A DNA stretch of 64,000 nt from Trichosphaerium sp. ATCC 40318. Its lineage: Eukaryota; Protista; Tubulinea. Below are positions 1 to 11,462 of this stretch, piece after piece (position 1 is the stretch's first letter; each line of letters starts with the position of its first letter). The notes beneath the pieces are model-generated. The model was not told the origin of the DNA, made no database searches, and worked only from the letters and a program-made list of their open reading frames with translations. The stretch lies in the NCBI GenBank assembly GCA_038496445.1, contig JALMLS010000056.1:248001-312000 (forward strand), in the 5' to 3' direction. The translations under genes were made by a program, and so were the position numbers.

Positions 1-3000
1 AATTGATGATATTTTCACAAATCGTCCTTATGAAATATGTGTTAACGTTCATGGAGGTTGAAATGTAATTACCTTGTTTTGTAAGGGTGTAGTTGCATTC
101 ATTGTTTCCTTTGATAGAGAATGATTCAGATACTGAAATATCACATGACGAAGAAGATATTCTCACTTCATCTTGTCCTGGTTGGTCTTGTATCTCAGCA
201 GTACCATTCAACACTACACATCCACTCACGTCCAGAGATGCTCCAGTGTCTGCATGAAGTGTAGCCATTGAGTTCAGAGTAAAGTCACCTATGTTTATGG
301 TAAACGTAAGGATAGCACAGGTTTAGTCTTTTTGTTCATCTTACCAACGACACGAATATCATTGTTCAATACAAACTCATCAGCTACTGCTATACTTTGT
401 GGGATCACTATTGGCAATGGGCGGCACTTTATATTCGGTTCTCTCGGTTCGAAGTTGGAACAAGAATTATTGTTTGCATCACACAAGTAATTCCCAGAAA
501 GGCTGTTTCTATTATTGGGCACGTTGAACACAAAACTTGGACACCAAAACAAGTTGTTTGCCAATTGTCTACAAAAAACTGTTAGGCAACAGTTTTTCGC
601 ATTACGTACTTATTATTTATTTGCTCCAAGTATTTTGGTAATGCTCCATAAAGCATGTTATTTGATACATGCCTGCCCATATACGTGTTAGCAAATAAAT
701 AAAGCTACAACAAAGACGCACAGTTTAATCAATGACGCACAATTCGAAGGCAGTTGTCCTTGAATCTTGTTGTTCGTTATTTCCACGGTACGCAGCTGCA
801 CATTTTCTGTACACAAAGATGACGGAAGTGTACCTTCGAGTTGACATCCATTCAATCGTCTATTCAAAGCAAATCAAAAAACTGGTTTTCTTTTGTGGGT
901 TTAGATGCATACAAGGTTTCCAACTCTTCGTTTAATGTCTCTGGTATTGTACCGTGTATCATATTATAACTCAAATCACTTCGAAGAAGTTAAATACAGG
1001 TTCCGAATAAGCATAAAGTACTCACATTAACGTACTATTCCATGAAATTATAGTATCCAGAGTATCGTTAAAATTATTGTCAAAAGCAGTTCTAAACATA
1101 AGTATGAGTGAGTAGAGTTTCAAAAAGGTGACAAATGAATAGAGTGTAACATATTGTCACACGTGAACCGAAAAAAACTGTACACTTGGTTAAAAGACCC
1201 TAAAAACGGAGGCAAACTTCCAGTGAACATATTTTCCGCTATATTTCTTGAATGTAAAGGTCAGACACATAGAAATACAGAAAGGAGTTGTACATTTTAT
1301 TTCCTTCTATCTGACCATTAAAATTAGAGAATGACGAGAACTTATTGTTGCCCAGCTGCCTTACAACAATATAAGCCATATCAACACAAAATAGTCGTAC
1401 AAGTCACTAATATTTAACCCAATAAGCCATGAAGGGACATCGCCTGTCAATAGGTTGGACCCCAATGCCCTTATAGAAACGTTGATAACAGCCTTGTTTA
1501 ATAGTCACTTACACTGTTGATAAGGAGGAAGATGTTTCCATAGGTTCTGGAGGAAGTGAAGAAAATTGATTGCGAGTCAAGTATCTAACACAATTAATAT
1601 TAATTCTTGCTCCCAAAGGATATAATTATGTACAGGTAGTCTATAGTCATCATCCATTCCGGAATTGTCCCGTTAAAAGAATTTACTCTTAGGTCTCTAT
1701 AGTTATGAGTAAGTGGAATAATGAAGAAGATTAACAGTACAATTCTGTCATGAATGCACGCCGAAATGTCGTTGGAATTTCACCTGATATCGAAGACTCT
1801 GGCAAACGTCTATAAAAATAGTCAGCTATGGTTGAATAACAATTACATACAAAATAGTTAGATGCGGGAACGTTGAACTATCATACAAGTCAGGAAGGTC
1901 ATTCAAGTCCATTGGAACAGAGGAACCCCTTACAAATAGTACTTAACAAACTAGAAACAATAAAATAAGCGTACAGCTCCTGTACAGTACTGGAAAAATT
2001 GTTCAGTGAATACAGCTTAGTAACATTGGCTGTTATGGTGGTGTATGAAATATCCCTTATCACAACAATGTTACCCCGAGAAGAATGGTTATAACGTACA
2101 ACGCAGTCATTTGGCGACCATAGAATTCCTGAGGCAGTTCGCCAGTGATGTATTGAGAACCTGAAACCTGGCTAAAAAAGTAATGTGAATAATTAATACA
2201 AGCACAATCACTACTTATGCGAAGACGTACAAATGTGTCAAGTTGGGCCCTGGGGTTGGTACTATTCCATTTATCTTTGTATGCAGTGCACGACTAATTG
2301 TCTTTAATGTATGGGTTCATCTTAATATGACGTACAACTTGACCAGGTGTTGGAATGTTGTATTGAAAAAGTAAGGATCGAGAGTGTAGTTCAGATTTGT
2401 ACAATAATCCAAGTTCCTTAGAATCACGTGAGAATGAACAAGTTTTTTTTTTGATGTTTCGTACAACTCTTCTAGGTTTTTCAATTGCTTGATTTCTTTC
2501 GGTAAAGATGTAACATTGCTTTCAATAGTGCTACATAGTATATTAATATTGACTAGTTAGATGAGTTGTAGTACAGTATTTTAAGCAATTTAAGGTGTTG
2601 GATACAAGGAGGAATATCACCCACCGCTGAAATTAGTCTAATGTTTAGTCAGCAGTTTAATTAATTATTAATTAATATTGTATAAATAGATCGCACGTAA
2701 GGCTTTCTAGCGCCGATAGAACACAAAGTTTTGAAGCGTTTAAATCAGTCCTAATCCTACTTACTCTGATGAACAGTATTAGCTCTTTGATTAGAAAATC
2801 TCAATTTGTACAGAGTTAGTTCCTTTAGATTTTGCAGTTTTGTAAAGTCTACTTCGCCTTCTGTTATTGTGCTGACTTTGATGCTTCTAACACATAGTTA
2901 CACGGTGAGAACATCTTTTTGGGAACTTCACTTACACTTTCACCAAAGTCGAGATGCTATTTAAATCGCCCAGGGTTGCTTTTTGGCCATCATAATCTCT

Positions 3001-3249
3001 TTTGATAAGCGTTAGCATATTGGAAACAAACCTTTCTTTAAATGTAGAGTACTCTTACATTTCTGTAATATTACCGTCGTTGTCACATGTAAGAGGAGTT
3101 TTACAATCCTACGAGCAAGTAAATTTTTTATTAACCTGGTTTATCGTCATAAAGCGCACGTGGTCGGAAAATATGTTTTTCCATAGCCCTTGAGCAGAAC
3201 ATAATAATATTAATGAAGCTAAAACGAAAATACTGCAGTTGTATGTCAT
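1..3249 (-). CDS. LRR receptor-like surface protein, paralog A (multi-exon; 3' end runs off window)
   Basis: ATG at 3249 gives a signal-peptide-like MTYNCSIFVLASLILLCSAQG. About 20 exons of ~72 nt each encode plant-RLP-type LRRs (e.g. DLSYNMIHGTIPETL, RLNGCQLEG). The C-terminal ectodomain is near-identical to paralog B. Confidence 0.85.
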
Positions 3250-3626
3250 ACAGTGCGTACTCCAAGTGTGCTTTGGAACTTAGCTCACAATTATTATCCG
3301 TTAGTATTAAGTCACAATTAATTATCCGCCAGATCTTTCGGCAAGATATTTGATCTGAAGCATTTGTGGCTTGGGTTACTTGTTCGCGAAAAAAATATGG
3401 GGAAATTTCTAGCGCTAATAAATTGTGACTTCCTGCTATCGCTTGTTCGAGCACTATTTAGGCAAGTACACATCACAGGAGTCATAAAACGCTGTTAAAA
3501 CTGTGACACGATGTACACTGTCAAGTAACTTCGAAACCAATCGGAAAAACACGCGCAACAGTAATACACTTTAATAACATGTTGTTTTCATATTTACTCC
3601 TGTAAAATAATGTTGCAATTAATGGT

Positions 3627-6600
3627 CTACGGCTTTGCAGTTGCTTCTACTTTGTTTGTATGTCTAGCACGACGATAAGTAAAAGGGAAGATCCTGTGTC
3701 TCAAGGAAGGTATTAAAAAGACGAGAATCAAGATTAGTATCACGAGAAGGAATACAATGGCCACTGCAACACCAGCCACAATCCCAATAGATGTTCCATC
3801 TGACCCACAAGAGTTAATTGATGATATTTTCACGAATTGTTCTTAGTAGAATGATTAGATCGTAGAGAGTTAAACCGTGAGGAGTACCTCGTTTTGTAAC
3901 TGCGTAGTTGCATTCATTGTTTCCTTTGATTGAGAATGATTCAGATACTGAAATATCACATGACGAAGAAGATATTCTCACTTCATCTTGTCCTGGTTGG
4001 TCTTGTATCTCAGCAGTACCATTCAACACTACACATCCACTCACGTTCATAGATGCTCCAGTGTCTGCATGAAGTGTCGCCATTGAATTGAGACTAAAGT
4101 CTCCTATAGTCAAATAAATATGTTGGATTGTAGTTTCTTTTGTTGTCGTACCAATGATACGAATGTCATTGTTCAATACAAACTCATCAACTACTGCTAT
4201 ATCTTGTATAACCTCTATTGGTAGGGGTCGGCAATCTAATTCTTGGCTGAGTCTAAATGTAGAGCAAGGATCATTGTTGTCATCACACAGGTAGTTTGTA
4301 TCAACATTATAATTTTCACCGATCGAAAACCATTCTGATGATTTTGGACACCAAAAAAAGTTGTTTGCCAAGTTTCTACGAAAAAAATAAGAAACCAGAG
4401 TACCTCCTGTGTTCATACAAATTGTCAAAGTCTTCATATCTTGGTAGTGCACCGTAAAGCATGTTATAAGATAAATCCCTTGTACAATGTTACTAAGTAT
4501 TACAACAACGCAAAAAAATGTACAGTGATATCAAGTTGACTTGGGATTTAGAAGGTAGCTGTCCACGAAAGCTGTTGTTAGACATTTCCAGAATCGCCAT
4601 TGGCTTTCGGAAGAGGTATAAAGGGATTGTGCCCTCAAGTTGACATCCATTCAATCGTCTATTTAAGCAAAGCAATCAAAAACTAGTTTCGTTGGTATTT
4701 AATCATACAAACTTTTCAACATATCAGTTAACCTCTGTGGTATTGTACCGTGTATCATATTATTGCTCAAATCGCTTAACAACAACTCAGCGAAGGTTAA
4801 GCCAACTAGAAAGCGCTTACATTGATGTGCTGTTCCAAGTAATTACAGTATCTAACGTATCATTGAAATTGTTATGAGAAGCAAATCTAAAGATATCATT
4901 TAGAGGAAACAAGTTTTTTTTTGCAATGTTCGACTCGGTACACTTGTTTGCATGATTTTAAGGCTGAAGGCAAAGCTCCTTCGAAACTATTATGTGATAT
5001 GTCACTAATGAAAAATCAATATGCTAGATATAAAGCTCAAATGACGAACATAGTATCGGCTCTGATTACTTCAGTCATATTTGAGAAAGACGAAAAATCA
5101 TTGTTGTCCAGCTCTCTTTACAAAATGTTAAGGCTAGACTAAGCATGCAACAACTTACAAGTACGTAATATTTAATTCAAGTAACCACAAGGGAACAGGG
5201 CCATTAAATAGGTTGGAACTCAACGACCTAATACAATAATTTATAACTAATACAATGTAAAACAAAGCGAAGTTGACTTACCAAAACTTATGGCTGAGCG
5301 TATCTGGAATATAAACTGAAGGAATCACAGACAAGTTATTATCACCCAAATTCCTAGGCAAGTTGTAAAGGTTACTTGTACCAGGTGAAGACTTCACGTA
5401 CAAGTACTGTATATTCAACATCAAGATCCATGCGGGAATCGTACCATTAAAATAGTTCGAGCTAAGATCTCTACAATTACGAGTAAATGCAACAATGAAG
5501 GAGTGGTAACCATTACAATTCTATCAATCCATCTCTTTCTAGCTTCATTGGGATTTCACCTGATAAGGAAGAGGCTGGCACACGTCTACAAAAATAGTCA
5601 GCTATGTTTGAAGAATAAAATTACATACAAAATAGTTAGATGCGGGAACGTTGAATTATCATACAAGTCAGGAAGGTCATTCAAGTCCATTGGAACAGAA
5701 GAACCCCTTACAAATAGTACTTAACCAAACACAAACAATAAAAAAGCGTACAGCTCCTTTACAGTGCCAGAAAATCTGCTTGAAGGTGAGTACAACATAC
5801 TTATGTTGGCCGTTATGTTGGTGTATGAAATATCCCTTGATACAACTATGTTAGTCCAAGAAGAATGTGTATAACGTACAGTGCAGTCATTTCACGATTA
5901 TAAAATTCTTGAGGCAGTTCACCGGTGATGTATTGAGAACCTGAAACTTGGCTGATATAGAAATGGGTACAATTAGTACAAGCATAATAATTACTTATGT
6001 AGGCGTACAAATGTGTCAAGTTGGGTCCTGGAGTTGGTACTATTCCATTTATCTTTGTATGCATTGCACGACTAATGTATATTAAAGTACTAGTTCATCT
6101 CAATATGACGTACAACTTGACCAGGTGTGGGAATGTTGTATTGAAAAAGTAGGGATCAAGAGTGTAGTTCAGATTTGTACAATAATCCAAGTTCCTTATT
6201 TTGAAAAACCCACGTGAGTAGAGGTACTACAAAACGTTATTTTGCGTACAACTCGGTCAGATTTGTCAAGTTTTCTATTTCGCCCTTTATATGCGTAAGT
6301 CTAGGACTTGAAAGCGTACTAACGATATCATTAGTAGGTTTAACTTTCTGGGCGAAGAGTACAGTTTGTTAAGTGATTGAAGTTCTTGTAAACACCATCC
6401 AAAATAATGAAAAGGGCCCATTATGCTGTTATGGTAGTAAGTAAGTGCACGTTGATATAAGTATAAGGTACCTAAGAGTCTCTAAGGCCGGTAGACCACA
6501 AAAAATTGACGACTTGAAATATCTTAGCTGGCGGAAATCACTTATACTACAACAAAATTAAGGTTAAAACTGTTTTAGGCTAAAAACGTACAGTGTTACT

Positions 6601-7011
6601 TCCCTTAGATTTACAAGCCTTGAAAAATTCGCACCATAGAAAGGTAAGTAGTCTGTTTTGAGGTATCTACAAGGCAAATGAGATAACACTAACTTTGGAA
6701 ATACTACTTACAACTTTGTTAATGTTGTAATATTATTTAACAAGGATAGCCTAGCGCTTCCACCTTCAAAGTAACTACAACTGGCATTAGATTTTCGAGT
6801 AATAAATAAGAGTGTTCCCGTACATCTCTGTTATAAGGTTTTTGGAGTCGCAAGTAATAGAGGTGGTGTTGCAACCCTACAAGCCAATTGTTATTAAGCT
6901 ATTAATACGGTTTGAACCCACGTGTATAGAAAGCAAAGGCCATAGATATGTTTTTTGAGCTAAGCTCAGCAATAGAAACGATGATACAAGTAATTCCAGG
7001 ATAATACCCAT
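3627..7011 (-). CDS. LRR receptor-like surface protein, paralog B (signal peptide, ~20 LRRs, Cys-containing ectodomain, one TM helix, short tail, no kinase)
   Basis: Signal peptide MGIILELLVSSFLLLSLAQ. LRR exons such as RLNGCQLEGTIPLYLF and LEMSNNSFRGQLP. TM helix IGIVAGVAVAIVFLLVILILILVFLIP, then a ~30-aa basic tail. Confidence 0.88.
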
Positions 7012-7296
7012 AGCTAGTACGCACGCGTGAGCTTGAACAGTGGAGGGTGTAAAGCTAATGTGACCTTTAATTAAGTGAAAAGAATTGGCAAAAACCGGGT
7101 ACGTCACGATTTTATGAAGGATTACTGTATGGCGCCAAAATTGAAACTTTGTCAAAGAAAGCACATTCATGCAGAGAATATGGTGTACTATCACATGATT
7201 TGTCGTATTATTATAAATCCATACGGCCTTCTTTATGCGGCTTGGGTTTTTTTTTATTTCTACCGCGAATTGGGTTTTTTTTCTTCACATTTTCGT

Positions 7297-9896
7297 TCAA
7301 ACATTATTGTTCCAGCCTCTACGAGCGTTTAGGACATCTTCAACGGTGTAAAGACTAGTCCAAGGTATATCTTCAAAGAAATACTTGTATACATTCCTCA
7401 CCAAACCTTCGTTGAAAGGATTCTTCTCTTTGCCAGCTAGCGAACAGTGAAGGACAAAAAAGATACTACCCAAAAAAAAATTCAAAAAGTTTTGGTCTTG
7501 GTGGATACCGGAGTCCTTCAAATAGTCATAACGTCTTTGGTTTGTAACTTCATTAGCAGTTAAATCTTTTGTTATACACAATGAGATTTGCTGATAAAGA
7601 ACAAATGATTCCCAGATACCGTTTGCAAAGTGAAACAACATTAGAGTGTAAAGCATTGGCTCTTTTAGAAAGTAATATGATATTGACTTATTGAGTGGGA
7701 AGAAATCAGGTTGCTCTGGATCTGCTGTCATCGCTAGAAGAAAAAAAAATCACGTGAGCAAGAGGAGTAGCGGGTTTTTTGCAAGAAGAATAAATTGATA
7801 ACGTACTGATGATGAGAATTCTACAAAAGTAGACATGAAGAGCGATGACAGAAAGAAGGATTACAATAAACATCTTGTGATTTTTCTCACCAATGGCGTT
7901 GTTCAACCAAGCGCAATAATGGTCGAATTTGGATACACATCTATCTGTTACTTTACAATGTTTACTACGTATCGGCTTCATCAGCTAAAAGAATTCTATT
8001 AAGATCACATATAAAGCAAAACTTATCTAAAAACTTACCATATCTGTACCACAAATATCAGGTACAAATCGATTTTCTCGTACTCGTTTCATAAAGTGCT
8101 AAAAAAAAGTGAGTTTTGAAAACTCTAGACAAATATTTTTCTTATTTTTTTCGTACCTTTTTGTCGTCGTCTAAATTTGTATCAAGATACCCTATTCATA
8201 AATATAAGTTTTCTTCATATACACAAATATTATGTATTTCTTTTCAGTTATATTATACCTGGATTAGAAAACTTCATGTACAAGTGCATTAAGGAGAAGC
8301 AAATATTCAGTGCAAAAAAAGCATAATTCTCAGTTACATAGCCGTTTTCATTTAGACTCCAGAATACTTTCATTAAATAAAATACTGTAGAGAGACCATA
8401 AAGACCCCAAAAAAATCCAACCTAAAGAGATAACCTTGGTCAGAAATGAAAACAAAAAAAATTACTCACGTGGAAAGTTGTTCCTTCATCAGTGCCAAGG
8501 AAAGTATGACCCCAAACGATATTTACAACGAGTGTTATAACCCCAACAACACCGAATCCAACCCAAATATTAAAAAACTCAACAGTCATCCTAAGCATTA
8601 TGTATGTTAGGTCCTGATGCTCTTAGGAGTTACATGCGCACCAGAAAATAAGGGTGCTGACCCAAGGAATAGCGATCCATCTAATCCTATTCATAACGCT
8701 CTATGTACGAGTCAGAGTTATAAAAGGGATTCTTATTAGTTGTACCTCGCGTAAGAAATGTTTGTCATTATAATAAGGAATAGCCATCCTTGTAAGATAG
8801 TATGCTATACCTAATCTGTCTTTTCTCTGTGCCTTTTGTGCTGCTGTTTGCCCAGATACGTCTCTTATCATTAGTGTTGCTCCTTGTTGTATTAAAGTCT
8901 TGACAGCCAACTTTTTTCCATTAGAAGACGCCCAATGAAGCGCTGTCATGCCCTATACAACAAATTAGAAAAAAATTTATTATGACCAATAATGCTTTAC
9001 CTTATTATCTCGAGCGTCTAGGTTAGCCCCACAAGATATTAAATATCTCAATATATTATTATGACCCTGGTACGCGGCCCAGTGAAGTGATGTATGACCT
9101 ACAAAAGTTACATGAATTATTTTACTAAAAAAGGAGAAGATTTTAATTCTTACCTGCATTGTCTGTTGCATCAGGATCAAAGCGGTCATCAATAATGTTT
9201 AAGTAATGTAAGATACGGATATGTCCATTTTGTGAAGCAATGTGTAATGGACGGTAACCCTAAATAACCATGTGAGCCCAAGGCAACAGCACTTTTTATG
9301 TGTCAAGTTTTCACAATAAAAAAACCACGCACTTTTTCGTCTTTTTTGTAAATGTCAGCACCTGCTTCAACAAGCATGTGAAAAATGCTTGGGTCACCGT
9401 TAGCAGCTGACCAATGTAATGGTGTTTGTCTGAACTTGTTCGTATTCTCAACACCTACAAGAGAATCTCCACCTGAGGCAAAAAATTAGACTTCAGTTTT
9501 GTACCACGTCGGTTTTTTTTAAAAGGTTCCCATTACGCTTCTTTTGCATTTTTCACGCGTGAGAAGTATAATTGTGCGGTTTTTGACTTGTTTTCATAAA
9601 AGCAAAGATTTATGAATGCAATCAAGTGTTGACATCGTGCCATTTTTGAGAAGGTACTGCACAACGTTTAAATGACCATGGTAGGCAGCCCAATGTAAAC
9701 AAGTTTCCCCAACTTCGTCACGCTTCCATATTTGTACTCCTAGTGCGTATTAGAATGGTTTAGTACCAATTATTACCTTTTTCCAGAAGTTCGCGTGCTT
9801 TACGGACATCACCCGTTTTGCACGCCTCAAGTAGCTCGTCTTGGGACTATATTGTAAATGCGTGAAGTAATCTTTACAATTAACAAAACATACCAT
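7297..9896 (-). CDS. Ankyrin-repeat DHHC palmitoyltransferase (Akr1/ZDHHC17-like)
   Basis: Ankyrin repeats (TCLHWAAYHGH, TSLHWAAYQGH, TALHWASSNG), TM segments and the DHHC-CRD motif KPIRSKHCKVTDRCVSKFDHYCAWLNNAIGEKNHK with TANE and NPFNEG motifs. The DHYC variant is as in Akr1. The first exon is ATG only. Confidence 0.93.
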
Positions 9897-10011
9897 AAAC
9901 ACTACAATAAAACTATGCTATTAACACTACGCGGTGGTAACGTCGTTTGTAGTACAATTCTGAGTTTTCAACATAATTCTTTTTTAAAATTGAGTTTGTG
10001 CAAGTGTAGCA
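9897..10011. promoter_or_regulatory. Putative bidirectional promoter region
   Basis: 115 bp between divergent start codons at 9896 (-) and 10012 (+). Confidence 0.45.
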
Positions 10012-11110
10012 ATGAAGCACATTGTTATGGGCACCATGGGGATTGGGGCGTTCGCCCTAGGTGTTTACTGTACCGTGAAATTGACGGCACCCAAACCGGC
10101 TCCAATCGTTTCTAAAAACGGCCCAGAAAGGTACGCAGACGTTATACTACGCCACACGGTGTACCGACGCAAACGAACTTACAAATATCTTATTTCGCTC
10201 AAGTGCACCCTAGAAGCCACTTAGAAATATGGAATGATCTCGCAGGTGTATTTGACACAAAAGTATGCGACAAAGAGCATTACGTGTGGGGTCTCGCCTC
10301 TATGCGCCGAAAGAGTACGTAGGCAATACACCTACAACTTTCCACGCGTCTTAGTGTCATAGTCATTTCTCAGGCTAGAGGGAACGTCTTAGAGGTTGCC
10401 GGAGGCACAGGAGTGAACCTAAGCTACTACAAGGAGCCTATCCTCACAGGCGGTGTAAAACATCTCACTGTAACCGATTTCGCACCAAATATGGTCAACG
10501 TCATAAAGGATAAATTATCAAAGTTTACACCGAAGACACAAACAAATGTTGATGTTCAGTGCATGTCAGTTGAATCTCTTGATTTCCCTGATAATACATT
10601 TGATACTGTTATAGATACGTTTGGTCTATGTAGCTTTAAAAATCCTATTAAAGGCTTACAAGGTAAGAAGAGTAAATTGTTTGTAACGAATTTGACTTTT
10701 ATAACAAAAAATCTTGTGGTCGACATTTTGACCAGTTTACTGAAGAGTTAGAATACATTTTTTGTATTCATTTGCTTACTTGATTATATATAGAAATGAA
10801 TAGAGTATGTAAAGAAGATGGTCAGATATTGCTATTAGAACATGGAACTAGTTCTTTGCTTGGTTGGTGAGTAATATTTTTTGGATATCACTACTATGTT
10901 GTTATCAACTTATCTCGTAATAGGTACCTTGACAAATCAGCGCATAAACATCACGAGGATTACGGATGTTGGTGGAACAGAGACATTAAAAAGATTGTTA
11001 ATGACGCTGGACTTAAGCCAACAAAACTGCAACGACCTTGGTCTCATTTTGGGACAACGTACTTTTTCGTTGCTCGCCCTACAAAGAGCACTACAACGTC
11101 GCAATCATAA
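10012..11110 (+). CDS. Class I SAM-dependent methyltransferase, OMS1-like
   Basis: N-terminal hydrophobic anchor. Motifs VLEVAGGTGVN, FPDNTFDTVIDTFGLCS, GQILLLEHG, GCWWNRDI and HFGTTY. Confidence 0.85.
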
Positions 11111-11462
11111 GCAAACCCAAAATTCTTGTAATATACACCTACCATACAATTCCCTCCGTCATTTATTATGTCTGTTTTAGAACTGAGCCTAAAGTATCCT
11201 TGACATAACAGTTTTTCTTTAGTATCATTTCACGTTACTTGCGTACTTAGCTATCTAAGTCTATTGCTTCGATAAAAATCATGTATGCTGCGCCTACATA
11301 TGCAATTGTTTGTACCAAGAATGCATAAGCCATAATATTTAATGAAAGAACTGTTTTTGAATTTCTTAGTTTATTCTTTACTACCAGAGCTTTTTTTAGA
11401 TGTTACGTACTGGCAGATTAAAAAGAAAAGAAGTTGTAGGCAAAGGTTATGGTACAATATTT

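Noticed and set aside
280-345. Apparent premature stop in LRR paralog A relative to paralog B
   Set aside because: The stop lies in a GT-AG intron present at the same position in both paralogs.
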